Assembly: GCA_947628665.1 (NCBI GenBank)
Contig: CANRAU010000004.1
Span: 38,359-102,358 of the forward strand
Source of the DNA: an uncultured Clostridia bacterium
Lineage (GTDB): Bacteria; Bacillota; Clostridia; Oscillospirales; Acutalibacteraceae
Reading direction: 5' to 3'
Length of the DNA: 64,000 bases
This document shows positions 9,824 to 20,239 of this stretch, piece by piece (positions within the stretch are counted from its first letter, which is position 1; each line of letters begins with the position of its first letter). The translations under genes were made by a program, and so were the position numbers. The notes under the pieces were generated by a model. That model did not search any database. It was not told where the DNA came from and worked only from the letters and a program-made list of their open reading frames with translations.

Positions 9824-10785
9824 CAGATCGAGATTTTGTGCGCCAAATTGTAAACATTCATATCAATGGTCTTATGCATATTCAGCGCTTCAAATATATC
9901 AAAATCGACGATCTCATCCTTTTGCATGGCAACGACACGGTTTCCGATGCCTTTTTTCAAAAGTTCGACCGCAAGACAGCCCATTTTGCTGCCGACCACT
10001 CTGTCGCGCACACTGGGCGAACCGCCGCGCTGTACATGCCCGAGGATGGTGGCGCGGGTTTCCACACCCGTCTCCTCCTCAATGCGTTTTGCCATTTCCT
10101 GCGTGCCGCCGATGCCCTCGGCCACAATAATGATAAAATGCCGCTTGCCCGTCTTCTGCGTTCTGCGCATTCTTTCAATAACGTCCCTTTCAAAATCATA
10201 CGGGACTTCGGGGATCAAAATGGTGGTCGCGCCGCAGGCTATGCCGGAATTCAGCGCGATATACCCCGCTTTTCTGCCCATGACTTCCACGACCGAGCAG
10301 CGGTCATGCGATTCGGACGTATCGCGCAGACGGTCCACCATTTCCATGACCGTATTCATGGAGGTGTCATAGCCGATGGTGTAATCGCAGCAGGCAATGT
10401 CATTGTCGATCGTGCCGGGAATGCCCACACAGGGAATGCCGCGCAGGGAAAGGTCGCGCGCGCCGCGGAAAGAACCGTCACCGCCGATGACGACAATGCC
10501 CTCCATTCCCATTTCCTTGCAGACGGCGATCGCTTTCTGCATACCTTCCTCGGTTTTGAATTCGGGACTTCTGGCGGAATACAAAATCGTACCGCCGCGA
10601 TTGATGATATTGGATACGCTGCGGAGATTCATTTCGTACATATCGCCATACATCAGCCCGTTATATCCGCGGCGGATGCCCATAACCCGAAAGCCGTTTT
10701 CACAGCCGGAACGAACCACTGCGCGAATCGCGGCATTCATGCCCGGGGCGTCGCCGCCGCTTGTCAAAACACCAATGGTTTTCAT
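9823..10785 (-). CDS. pfkA: ATP-dependent 6-phosphofructokinase
   Basis: 320 aa. Motifs are GVLTSGGDAPGMNAAIR, IGGDGS and PGTIDND. Confidence 0.93.
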   Translation of the reverse strand: MKTIGVLTSGGDAPGMNAAIRAVVRSGCENGFRVMGIRRGYNGLMYGDMYEMNLRSVSNIINRGGTILYSARSPEFKTEEGMQKAIAVCKEMGMEGIVVIGGDGSFRGARDLSLRGIPCVGIPGTIDNDIACCDYTIGYDTSMNTVMEMVDRLRDTSESHDRCSVVEVMGRKAGYIALNSGIACGATTILIPEVPYDFERDVIERMRRTQKTGKRHFIIIVAEGIGGTQEMAKRIEEETGVETRATILGHVQRGGSPSVRDRVVGSKMGCLAVELLKKGIGNRVVAMQKDEIVDFDIFEALNMHKTIDMNVYNLAHKISI

Positions 10786-10895
10786 ACTGTCACCTCAAAA
10801 AACGTAGTCAAAATATAATGATACACAATTCTGCCCGCTTGTCAAGCAAAACGAGCGTTTTTCGCAAAAAACGGGACGATTTTCAAAAGGCAGAA

Positions 10896-13800
10896 TTATT
10901 TTAACAGGACGCCTCTTTCCCCGAGCATTTTCTTCAATTCGGACAAAAGCGGCTCGTTAAGCGCTACCCCGCGCGAACAAACATATTTTTTTCGCGTATC
11001 CTGATAATACAAATAGGTTTCGGTGTCGCCCTCAAAAATCGAAAGCAGATTTTTTACTTTTTTATCCTGTTTGCTGTCCAGGGTATCCACCAAAAGCGAA
11101 AGGCTTTGCACGGGGGCGGCCGTCTGTTCCGCCGTGGGTGCATATGTCGCTTTCCCCTGCTCGCCTCTTTTCGGTGTATTGCCTTGCGGCAAATTTTTCT
11201 CGTCGGGGCAGGGTTCAATCCGGTCGGGGATCACCTTGGCGTTTTCGTCCTCGCGAAGAGAGACGCGCCCCTCGACAAGCAACACATTGCCCGAAATCAG
11301 GCGTTGCGCACATCGAGCATAGACCGTCGGGAAAACCAGAAGCTCTAAACTGCCGTACATATCCTCTACCGTCACAAACGCCATCGTCGTATCGTTTTTG
11401 GTCGTTTTCTTTTTGACCCCCGTTACGATCACCAACAGCCGCACGGACGTGCCGTCGTGGATTTTGGAAACGGGGTCGGAGTCCGCTTCGGCGATGTCGG
11501 AAATGCGCGTAACGCGCAACTTTTCCGTAAGCGGCAGATACGCGGCCATGGGATGCCCCGACAAATAAAGCCCCGTCGCATCCTTTTCCATTTGCATACG
11601 CTCCGTCACGGGGAATTCTTCGCAATGGCTGTACGAGGGCGTGTAGCTTGACGCTTCGGACGAAGACCCGAGAGAGAAAATATCCAGCTGCCCGTCCAAA
11701 TTGCGGCGATGCTCGCCCTCCAGCCCCGCCAAAATCTCCGGCAGGTTTTGGAGCATTTCCCGACGGTTCAGTCCTAAGCCGTCGAGCGCGCCGCTTTTGA
11801 TAAGCCCCTCCGCCGCGCGCTTATTGAATTCCTTGCCGTATAAGCGTTTGCAAAAATCATAAAAGCTTGTATACACGCCGTTTGCTTCGCGTTCCTTTAC
11901 GATGGCTTCAATAAAATGCCGGCCGAGATTTTTAATGGCGGAAAGACCAAATCGGATCGCACCGTCGGCATTTGGCGTAAACGCAAATACGCTTTCATTG
12001 ACGCTCGGCGGCAGTACCCGAATTTCTATCCGCGTACAGTCGGCGATATATTCCGAAATCTTCGCCGTATCGTCCATTACGCTCGTCAAAAGCGCAGACA
12101 TAAACGCGGCGGGATAATGCCGCTTTAAATAGGCGGTTCGGTACGCCACGACAGCATATGCCGCTGAATGGGATTTGTTGAAGGCATAGGATGCGAAGGA
12201 GGACATATCGTCAAAGATGCTGTTGGCGGTCTTTTCATCGATGCCGTTCGCCACACAGCCGCAGCACGCCACTGTGCCGTCGGGATTGCGAAGCCCATGT
12301 ACAAAGTATTCGCGCTCCTGCTCCATGACCTTATGCTTCTTTTTGGACATGGCGCGGCGCACCACGTCCGCGCGGCCGAAGGAATAGCCCGCAAGCGTGC
12401 GGAAAATTTCCATGACCTGCTCCTGATAGACCATGCAGCCGTAGGTCACATCCAAAATGGATTTGAGCTGCGGCGTTTTATAGTGAATGCTCTCGGGATG
12501 GTGGCGGTTTTCGATATAATCGTCTATGGAATCCATAGGACCGGGTCGGTACAGGGAAATGACCGCGATAATATCCTCTAAATTGCGGGGACGCAGGCGC
12601 ATCAGCACACTGCGAAGCCCTGCGGATTCGCATTGGAACACCCCGTAGGTCTGGCCTTTGGAGAACATGGCATAGGTCGCCGCATCATCCATGGGGATGC
12701 GCTCTATATCGAAATCAGGCTCTGTTCGGCGGATGAGCGTCTCGGTGTCATGAATGACCGTCAGAGTACGAAGCCCCAAAAAGTCCATTTTTAATAAGCC
12801 CAATTCTTCAATGGTGGTCATCGTGAACTGCGTGACGATTGATTCATCGTTTCGCGCAAGCGGCACATATTCGCTCACGGGGCGGTCGGTAATGACCACG
12901 CCCGCCGCGTGCGTGGACGCGTGCCGAGGCATGCCCTCGACGCTTTTAGCGGTGTCGATCAGCTCGCGAATTTTGGGGTCGGTATCGTAAAGTGCCTTCA
13001 ATTCGCTGTTTTTCTTTAACGCCTTTTCAATGGTGATGCCAAGCTCACGCGGGATCTGCTTTGCGACGGCGTCCACGGTATTATAGGCGATGCCGAGCGC
13101 ACGGCCGACGTCGCGCACAGCCGCACGCGCCGCCATCGTACCGAAGGTCACGATCTGCGCCACATGATCTGCGCCGTATTTGCGGATGACGTAGTCGATC
13201 ACTTCTTCACGGCGTTCATAACAGAAATCCACGTCGATATCGGGCATACTCACGCGTTCGGGATTTAAAAAGCGTTCAAAGATCAAGCCGTACCGCATCG
13301 GGTCAACGCCCGTGATACCCATGCAGTATGCCGCGAGGCTTCCCGCTCCCGAGCCGCGCCCCGGGCCTACGGGGATGCCCTTGGATTTTGCATAGGAAAT
13401 GAAGTCGGCGACGATCAAAAAGTAATCCACATAACCCATTTCGCGAATGACCGACAGCTCGTATTCAAGACGTTCGACATAGGACTGCGGCGCGTCTTTG
13501 CCGTAAAGCCTTGAAAGCCCTAAAAAGCACTGTTCACGAAAATACGTAAAATGGTCACGTCCGTCGGGGACGTCAAAATGCGGCAGCTTGGTTTTTCCGA
13601 ATTCAAATTCGACGCTGCAGCGTTCGGCGATGGCCGCCGTATTGTCCACCGCTTCGGGAATGAACGAAAACAGCTCGCGCATTTCTTCTTCGGATTTCAA
13701 ATAAAATTCATCCGTGCCGAATTCCAAGCCCGTTTCTTCGTCTATGGTATGGTTCGTCTGGATGCAGATCAGGACTTTTTGCGTTTTGGCGTCCGTCTTT

Positions 13801-14429
13801 TCGACATAATGCACGTCGTTGGTCGCGACCGTCGGGATACCCGTTTCGCGTGACAGCTGCACAAGCTGCGGCAAGATCGCCTGCTGCTCCTTCATGCCGT
13901 GATTTTGCAGTTCCAAATAAAAATTTTCATGCCCGAACACGCGTTCGTACCAAAGCGCGGTTTCTTTTGCGCCCGCGTAATCCCCTGCGGCGAGCTTGCG
14001 CGGGATCTCACCTGCAAGACAGGCGGAAAGCGCGATAAGCCCCTCGTGATGCGCTTCCAGCAGCGCCTTATCCACACGCGGACGCACGTAAAAGCCGTCC
14101 ACCCAGGCTTTCGAGACCATATGAATAAGGTTTTTATAGCCCGTTTCGTTTTTGCACAGCAGCACCAAATGATACCGCTGTGAATCGAGGCCGTGTACCT
14201 TGTCGGTCAAAGTCCGCTCCGCGACGTACACCTCGCAGCCGATGATCGGCTTGATACCGTGCGCTTTTGCGGTTTTGTAGAAATCCACCGCACCGAACAT
14301 ATTGCCGTGGTCGGTGATAGCCAGCGCCGTTTGCCCCAGGCGTTCTGCGGCAACACAAAGGTTCTCGAGCCGGCACGCGCCGTCGAGCAGACTGTACTCC
14401 GTATGCAGATGCAAATGGGCAAAGGCCAT
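10896..14429 (-). CDS. dnaE: DNA polymerase III alpha subunit (DnaE type)
   Basis: 1177 aa. The PHP N-terminus is FAHLHLHTEYSLLDG. The polymerase core has GCMVYQEQVMEI, and there is a C-terminal OB region. Confidence 0.93.
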   Translation of the reverse strand: MAFAHLHLHTEYSLLDGACRLENLCVAAERLGQTALAITDHGNMFGAVDFYKTAKAHGIKPIIGCEVYVAERTLTDKVHGLDSQRYHLVLLCKNETGYKNLIHMVSKAWVDGFYVRPRVDKALLEAHHEGLIALSACLAGEIPRKLAAGDYAGAKETALWYERVFGHENFYLELQNHGMKEQQAILPQLVQLSRETGIPTVATNDVHYVEKTDAKTQKVLICIQTNHTIDEETGLEFGTDEFYLKSEEEMRELFSFIPEAVDNTAAIAERCSVEFEFGKTKLPHFDVPDGRDHFTYFREQCFLGLSRLYGKDAPQSYVERLEYELSVIREMGYVDYFLIVADFISYAKSKGIPVGPGRGSGAGSLAAYCMGITGVDPMRYGLIFERFLNPERVSMPDIDVDFCYERREEVIDYVIRKYGADHVAQIVTFGTMAARAAVRDVGRALGIAYNTVDAVAKQIPRELGITIEKALKKNSELKALYDTDPKIRELIDTAKSVEGMPRHASTHAAGVVITDRPVSEYVPLARNDESIVTQFTMTTIEELGLLKMDFLGLRTLTVIHDTETLIRRTEPDFDIERIPMDDAATYAMFSKGQTYGVFQCESAGLRSVLMRLRPRNLEDIIAVISLYRPGPMDSIDDYIENRHHPESIHYKTPQLKSILDVTYGCMVYQEQVMEIFRTLAGYSFGRADVVRRAMSKKKHKVMEQEREYFVHGLRNPDGTVACCGCVANGIDEKTANSIFDDMSSFASYAFNKSHSAAYAVVAYRTAYLKRHYPAAFMSALLTSVMDDTAKISEYIADCTRIEIRVLPPSVNESVFAFTPNADGAIRFGLSAIKNLGRHFIEAIVKEREANGVYTSFYDFCKRLYGKEFNKRAAEGLIKSGALDGLGLNRREMLQNLPEILAGLEGEHRRNLDGQLDIFSLGSSSEASSYTPSYSHCEEFPVTERMQMEKDATGLYLSGHPMAAYLPLTEKLRVTRISDIAEADSDPVSKIHDGTSVRLLVIVTGVKKKTTKNDTTMAFVTVEDMYGSLELLVFPTVYARCAQRLISGNVLLVEGRVSLREDENAKVIPDRIEPCPDEKNLPQGNTPKRGEQGKATYAPTAEQTAAPVQSLSLLVDTLDSKQDKKVKNLLSIFEGDTETYLYYQDTRKKYVCSRGVALNEPLLSELKKMLGERGVLLK

Positions 14430-14446
14430 GTCTGTTCCCTCTTATC

Positions 14447-15727
14447 TTATTGTTCGTCTTTTAATACCGTTTGATAAAAGTCGAAGCCGTCAAAGGTTCT
14501 GAAGTAATCCGCAGGGGTCTCCGCACGGCGGATGAGCTTTGCAGAACCGTCCTCCCGAAGCAGAATTTCGGCGGATCTCAGCTTTCCGTTATAATTATAC
14601 CCCATCGAAAAGCCGTGCGCGCCCGTGTCGTGGATATACAGCAAATCGCCGATCTCAATTTCGGGCAGCATTCTGTCTACGGCAAATTTATCGTTGTTCT
14701 CGCACAGCGAACCCGTCACGTCATACAGATGGTCGCAGGGCTCGTCCTCCTTACCCATGACCGTGATATGATGGTATGCGCCGTACATGGCGGGGCGCAT
14801 GAGATTGACCGCACAGGCGTCCACGCCGACGTATTCCTTGTGCGTATGTTTTTCGTTGATGACCCGTGTGACCAGCGCGCCGTATGGCCCCATCATAAAA
14901 CGCCCAAGCTCCGTATAGATCGCCACGTCGCCCATCCCCGCTTTTCCAAGGACTTCGTCGTACACCTTCTTAACGCCCGCGCCGATGGCGTAAATGTCGT
15001 TGGGTTCTTGATCGGGTCTATACGGAATGCCGACGCCGCCCGAAAGATTGATAAAGCGAATATTCGCGCCTGTTTCCGCTTTCAAACGCACGGCGATCTC
15101 AAACAGGACTTTCGCAAGCTGCGGGTAGTATTCGTTCGTCACGGTGTTGCTCGCAAGGAATGCGTGAATGCCGAATTCCTCCACGCCCTTTTCTTTGAGA
15201 ATGCGGAACGCCTGAAAAATCTGCTCGGTGGTCATGCCGTATTTGGCTTCGCCGGGGTTGTCCATAATGCCGTTAGACATCCGAAACACCCCGCCGGGAT
15301 TGTAGCGGCAGGAGAGTTTTTTCGGCAGGCGTCCGAGCGTTTTTTCCAGCACGTCGATATGCGTAATGTCGTCGAGATTGATAATTGCGCCCATATCGTG
15401 CGCATATTGAAACTCTGAAGCGGGCGTATCGTTGGACGAAAACATCACGTCGTCCCCTACAGCGCCTATGGCTTTGGCAAGCATCAGCTCCGTGCGCGAG
15501 GAACAGTCGCAGCCGCAGCCGTATTCGCGCAGAATTTGAATGAGAAACGGGTTCGGCGTCGCTTTCACGGCAAAATATTCTTTAAAACCCTTGTTCCACG
15601 AAAATGCCGCCTTGAGCGCTTCGGCGTTGCGGCGTATCCCCGCTTCATCGTACAGATGAAACGGCGTGGGAAACCGCGCGGCGATCTCTTCCAATTTTTC
15701 TTTGCTTGTAAATGGTCTTTTCTGCAT
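14447..15727 (-). CDS. lysA: diaminopimelate decarboxylase family (group IV PLP decarboxylase)
   Basis: 426 aa. TPFHLYDE...YFAVKATPNP carries the PLP-binding Lys. GGVGIPY and CENNDKF motifs are also present. Confidence 0.7.
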   Translation of the reverse strand: MQKRPFTSKEKLEEIAARFPTPFHLYDEAGIRRNAEALKAAFSWNKGFKEYFAVKATPNPFLIQILREYGCGCDCSSRTELMLAKAIGAVGDDVMFSSNDTPASEFQYAHDMGAIINLDDITHIDVLEKTLGRLPKKLSCRYNPGGVFRMSNGIMDNPGEAKYGMTTEQIFQAFRILKEKGVEEFGIHAFLASNTVTNEYYPQLAKVLFEIAVRLKAETGANIRFINLSGGVGIPYRPDQEPNDIYAIGAGVKKVYDEVLGKAGMGDVAIYTELGRFMMGPYGALVTRVINEKHTHKEYVGVDACAVNLMRPAMYGAYHHITVMGKEDEPCDHLYDVTGSLCENNDKFAVDRMLPEIEIGDLLYIHDTGAHGFSMGYNYNGKLRSAEILLREDGSAKLIRRAETPADYFRTFDGFDFYQTVLKDEQ

Positions 15728-15747
15728 TCCATATCCTCCGAAAGATT

Positions 15748-16329
15748 TTATCGCACAAACTGTTCAATCAGGGCGAGCAGCTGCTCTGCGCCCTCTTTTC
15801 GCACGGCGGAAAACGGGATCAGCCGCTCGCGCGGCACTTGCGGTAGTTCTTTTTCCGCAAGCGCTAAACGGTTTTGATATTCGGTTTTATTGAGCTTATC
15901 GCTCTTCGTCAGCACGACGGCAAATGCATAGCCGTTTGCCTGCAAAAATTCGAGCATCCCAAGGTCGTCCTTGGTCGGCGGATGGCGCATATCGACAAGC
16001 TGCACCACCAGACGAATATCACGTCCCGAGCGAAAGTACCCTTCCATAAGCTCCGACCAACGCTGCTTTTCGCTTTTGGCGACCTTCGCATAGCCGTATC
16101 CCGGCAAATCGACGAACCGTACACGATCCGCCAAATAAAAATTGACCGTAACCGTCTTTCCCGGAACGGAGCTGACGCGCGCCAGAGATTTCCGCCGGAA
16201 CAGGCAATTCAACAGCGAGGATTTTCCAACATTGGAACGCCCCGCGAACGCTACCTCGGGCAAATCGGATTTTGGAAGCTGGGCAAATGTGCCGAACGCC
16301 GCTTCAAATTTTACTTGCTGCAAATGCAT
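15748..16329 (-). CDS. engB: ribosome-biogenesis GTPase EngB/YsxC
   Basis: 193 aa. The G1 motif is GRSNVGKSSLLN, G3 is DLPGYG and G4 is TKSDK. It lies directly downstream of lon, as in Bacillus. Confidence 0.88.
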   Translation of the reverse strand: MHLQQVKFEAAFGTFAQLPKSDLPEVAFAGRSNVGKSSLLNCLFRRKSLARVSSVPGKTVTVNFYLADRVRFVDLPGYGYAKVAKSEKQRWSELMEGYFRSGRDIRLVVQLVDMRHPPTKDDLGMLEFLQANGYAFAVVLTKSDKLNKTEYQNRLALAEKELPQVPRERLIPFSAVRKEGAEQLLALIEQFVR

Positions 16330-16335
16330 CGTCTC

Positions 16336-18765
16336 TTACCCCTGTCGGCAGATTTCCGTTTGCGCGATGCGGGTCTTGTTCCGTATCGGCAGCGGTTTTG
16401 CGGGTCTGCCGTTTTCCCGCACAGTTTCCGCCGGTCTTACCAGCGCCAGGGAAAGCACCTCGGAAACCTCGGAAACCGAAAGAAATTCGAGCTTTTCCCG
16501 AACGGTCGGGTCGATGTCCCGTAAATCGGGGAGATTTTCTTCGGGGAGGATCACGGTTTGCAGCCCTGCTTTATAGGCGGCCATCGTCTTTTCGCGAAGC
16601 CCGCCGATAGGCAGAACGCGCCCCGTCAGCGTCACTTCGCCCGTCATGGCGACGTCGGCGCGCACAGGGTTTCCCGACAGCGCGGACACAACCGCCGTTG
16701 TGACCGTGATGCCCGCAGACGGGCCATCCTTCGGCACAGCGCCCTCGGGAAAATGGATGTGGATGTCCTTCTTTTTATAAAATTCGGGGTCAATATCCCA
16801 AAGCGCGGCGTGCGCACGGATATAACTGCACGCGGCCTTGGCGGATTCCTTCATCACGTCGCCCAAAGAGCCCGTCAGCTCCAATTTTCCGCTGCCGTCC
16901 ATGGCGGCCGCTTCCACCTTCAAAAGCTCGCCGCCCACCGAAGTCCACGCAAGGCCGTTGACCACGCCGACCTCATTTTGCGCCGAAAGGCAGGTCGGTT
17001 TATACTTGCGCACGCCGAGCAGTTCCTCTAAATCCGACGCGCGCACGGTGATTTTCCCGTCGAAGCCGTCGGCGAAACGAACCGCCGCCTTGCGCATGAC
17101 TTTCGCGATGGTGCGTTCGAGCTTGCGCACGCCCGCCTCGCGCGTGTAGCCGTCGATCATCAGGCGAAGCGCGTCGTCGGTAATGCGGAACTGCGCGGCA
17201 GAGAGGCCGTTTTCCTGCATTTGCTTTTTCACCAAATGCTTTTTCGCGATTTGGAATTTTTCCTCGGCCGTATAGCTGTAGAGTTCAATGACCTCCATGC
17301 GGTCAAGAAGCGGCGCGGGGATCATACCGACGTCGTTCGCCGTGGTCACGAATAAAACCTTGCTCAAATCAAAGGGAATTTCAATATAATGATCGCGGAA
17401 GGTATTGTTTTGCTCGGGGTCAAGCGCCTCCAAAAGCGCCGAGGCGGGATCGCCCTTATAATCGCCCGCGAGCTTATCGATCTCGTCGAGCAAAATCAGC
17501 GGATTCGACGAACCGACGCGCGTGAGCGCAGCAATAATATTCCCCGGCATTGCGCCAATATAGGTTTTGCGATGGCCGCGAATTTCCGCTTCATCATGCA
17601 CGCCGCCCAGGGAAATACGGGTGTATTTGCGGTTCATGGCGCGCGCAAGCGACCGCGCAATCGAAGTCTTGCCGACGCCCGGAGGGCCTGCAAGGCAGAT
17701 GATCTGCCCCTTTACATCGGGGGAGAGCTTGCGCACGGCAAGTAATTCCACAATGCGTTCCTTGACCTCCTGCAGGCCGAAATGGTCTTTATCCAAAATT
17801 TTGCGCGCGTTGTCGGGGCGCAGGTTGTCCTTTGTAAATTGATTCCACGGCAGCGCCAGCACCGCATCCAAATAGGAACGGGAAACCGCGTTTTCGGGAC
17901 TTGACGGCTGTGTGCGCGCCAGACGGTCGCATTCCTGCAGGAGCTTTTCTTCGCTGTCCTTTTCCAAATGCAGAGCCAGCACGCGTGCACGGTAATTCTG
18001 CGCTTCACCGACCGACGAATCCCCTTCGCCGAGTTCCTGCGAGATGGCCTTCAACTGCTCACGCAGATAGTATTCGCGCTGGTTTTCGTCCATTTGCTCC
18101 TGCACGCGATCCTCAATGACCGCCATGGCTTCGAGCATCTCCACCTCATGCGCCAAAATAACGCAGAGCTTTTCGAGGCGTTTTTTGGTATTGACCTCTT
18201 CCAAAACGACCTGCTTGTCCGTAAATTCCAGCGGCAAATTGCCCGCGATATAGTCCGCCAGTTTTCCCGCAGAATGCTGACAGGCCACGCCGAGCGTGAT
18301 GTCCGGCGCAAGCTTCGGGCAAAGCTCCGCATAGTTCTCAAACAGAGCGCGCGCATAGCGCATGAGCGCGTCGATCTCCGCAAATGCGGTGTTGCGCGGC
18401 TCTTTCGGCGTGATCGTCTTTAAGGAAACGACCAAATGCGGCTTGTCCGTGTAAAGCTCCAAAAGCCTTGCACGGTATTTCCCCTCGACCACCACGCGGT
18501 AGTATTCGCCGGACGGCAGACGCATCATCTGCTTGACCTCGCACACCACGCCTACATTGAAAAGGCTCTCCCGACCGTGCAGCTCCTCGTCCAAATCGAC
18601 CTGCGCGACCAAAAAGATGTTTTGCTTGTGCAGCATGGCGGATTTGACCGCAGAGATCGACTTTTTCCGCCCAATATCAAAATGCAGCGTCATTTCCGGG
18701 AAAATCACCAGCCCCCGCAATGCGACGGCGGGCAGTGTAAATTCCTCCTGCGTCAGTATACCCAT
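16336..18765 (-). CDS. lon: ATP-dependent Lon protease (LonA)
   Basis: 809 aa. It has a LON N-terminal domain, Walker A GPPGVGKTS, and the protease motif PKDGPSAGIT. Confidence 0.95.
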   Translation of the reverse strand: MGILTQEEFTLPAVALRGLVIFPEMTLHFDIGRKKSISAVKSAMLHKQNIFLVAQVDLDEELHGRESLFNVGVVCEVKQMMRLPSGEYYRVVVEGKYRARLLELYTDKPHLVVSLKTITPKEPRNTAFAEIDALMRYARALFENYAELCPKLAPDITLGVACQHSAGKLADYIAGNLPLEFTDKQVVLEEVNTKKRLEKLCVILAHEVEMLEAMAVIEDRVQEQMDENQREYYLREQLKAISQELGEGDSSVGEAQNYRARVLALHLEKDSEEKLLQECDRLARTQPSSPENAVSRSYLDAVLALPWNQFTKDNLRPDNARKILDKDHFGLQEVKERIVELLAVRKLSPDVKGQIICLAGPPGVGKTSIARSLARAMNRKYTRISLGGVHDEAEIRGHRKTYIGAMPGNIIAALTRVGSSNPLILLDEIDKLAGDYKGDPASALLEALDPEQNNTFRDHYIEIPFDLSKVLFVTTANDVGMIPAPLLDRMEVIELYSYTAEEKFQIAKKHLVKKQMQENGLSAAQFRITDDALRLMIDGYTREAGVRKLERTIAKVMRKAAVRFADGFDGKITVRASDLEELLGVRKYKPTCLSAQNEVGVVNGLAWTSVGGELLKVEAAAMDGSGKLELTGSLGDVMKESAKAACSYIRAHAALWDIDPEFYKKKDIHIHFPEGAVPKDGPSAGITVTTAVVSALSGNPVRADVAMTGEVTLTGRVLPIGGLREKTMAAYKAGLQTVILPEENLPDLRDIDPTVREKLEFLSVSEVSEVLSLALVRPAETVRENGRPAKPLPIRNKTRIAQTEICRQG

Positions 18766-19053
18766 TGTATGTAATCACTCCAAAAGAATTCGCAAAAGAA
18801 TCCCATAGTAAGATATAAGTATACATGATTCTTGCGTTTCCTGCAACAGAAACCTACAATTTCCCGCAAAATCTTACGGATTTATCGAAAGCGAACGCAA
18901 GAAAATGGGCGTTTGGGCGCATGAAAATCCCCTGTTTCCGTCGCGGCGGCCGCCTTTCCTAAGCAGATTGCACATATATTGTTAAAAATCTAAACAACTT
19001 TTTAAAAATCACAGCAAATTTCAGAAAAATCTTGTTAAAATTTTGTCAATTCA

Positions 19054-19082
19054 TTGACTTTTCCACTACGCGTTGCTATAAT
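19054..19082 (+). promoter_or_regulatory. sigma-A-type promoter of serC-serA
   Basis: TTGACT (19054-19059), 17 nt, TATAAT (19077-19082), about 45 nt upstream of the serC ATG. Confidence 0.6.
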
Positions 19083-19127
19083 GCAATGCAAAGCGTAAAA
19101 AAGCTATCAATTTTGGAGGTAAGCAAC

Positions 19128-20210
19128 ATGTCCAGAGTTTACAATTTTTCCGCAGGCCCTTCCATGCTTCCCGAGGAAGTTCTGAAAAAGGCTGCCGCCG
19201 AGATGCTCGATTATGAGGGCAGCGGCCAGTCCGTCATGGAAATGAGCCACCGTTCCAAGGTGTATGATTCCATCATCAAAGGTGCGGAAGCCCTTTTGCG
19301 CGAGCTGATGAACATACCCGACAACTACAAGGTTCTGTTTTTGCAGGGCGGCGCGTCCACGCAGTTTGCCGCGATCCCGCTGAATTTCATGAACGGCAGC
19401 GGCAAAGCGGATTATGTCCTCACGGGACAGTGGGCAAAAAAGGCTTTTGCGGAAGCGCAGAAATACGGTGACGTAAAGGCTGTGGCCTCCTCCGCCGATA
19501 AAACCTTCTCTTACATTCCGAAGCTCGACAAATCGACCTTTACGCCCGATGCGGATTATTTCTATATCTGCATGAACAACACCATTTACGGCACGGTATA
19601 CCACGAGCTGCCCGACACGGGCAATGTGCCGCTGATCGCGGATATTTCCTCCTGCTTCCTGTCCGAGCCGCTGGATGTGACCAAATTCGGTATGGTGTAC
19701 GGCGGCGCGCAGAAAAACGTCGCACCTGCAGGGCTTACCATCTGCATCATCCGCGAGGATCTGCTCGGCCATGCGCGCGACATCACGCCCACCATGCTCA
19801 ACTATCAGATCCACGCCGACAACAATTCGCTTTACAATACCCCGCCCTGCTACACCATCTACATCTGCAAGCTGGTGCTGGAGTGGCTCAAAGAGAACGG
19901 CGGGCTTGAGGCCATGCAGGCGCGCAACATCAAAAAGGCAAAGCTCCTTTACGATTTCCTGGACAACAGCAAAATGTTCCGCGGCACAGTCGTTCCCGAG
20001 GATCGTTCGCTCATGAACGTGCCGTTTGTCACCGACAGCGACGAGTTGAACGCGAAATTCGTCAAAGAGGCGCAGGATGCGGGTCTTGTCAATTTGAAGG
20101 GTCACCGCACGGTCGGCGGTATGCGCGCTTCTATCTATAACGCGATGCCGTATGCAGGCGTGCAGGCTCTTGTGGACTTCATGGCAAAATTTGAAAAGGA
20201 AAATGCATAA
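19128..20210 (+). CDS. serC: phosphoserine aminotransferase
   Basis: The start is set at the ATG at 19128 (GGAGGT upstream). The sequence begins MSRVYNFSAGPSMLPEEVL, and the PLP-Lys region is GAQKNVAPAGLT. Confidence 0.92.
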   Translation: MSRVYNFSAGPSMLPEEVLKKAAAEMLDYEGSGQSVMEMSHRSKVYDSIIKGAEALLRELMNIPDNYKVLFLQGGASTQFAAIPLNFMNGSGKADYVLTGQWAKKAFAEAQKYGDVKAVASSADKTFSYIPKLDKSTFTPDADYFYICMNNTIYGTVYHELPDTGNVPLIADISSCFLSEPLDVTKFGMVYGGAQKNVAPAGLTICIIREDLLGHARDITPTMLNYQIHADNNSLYNTPPCYTIYICKLVLEWLKENGGLEAMQARNIKKAKLLYDFLDNSKMFRGTVVPEDRSLMNVPFVTDSDELNAKFVKEAQDAGLVNLKGHRTVGGMRASIYNAMPYAGVQALVDFMAKFEKENA

Positions 20211-20239
20211 ATTCTTTTGACAGAAAGGTTTTTACGATT

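Noticed and set aside
9838-10818. Long antisense ORFs opposite real genes, for example 9838-10818 vs pfkA. Others are 6055-7080 vs dusB, 19107-20105 vs serC, 20135-21052 vs serA, 44603-45610, 48522-49478, 29181-30473 and 22675-23454.
   Set aside because: These are shadow ORFs typical of GC-rich DNA. They are Arg/Gly/His-rich and low in complexity, lack RBS and family motifs, and the opposite strand encodes unmistakable conserved proteins.
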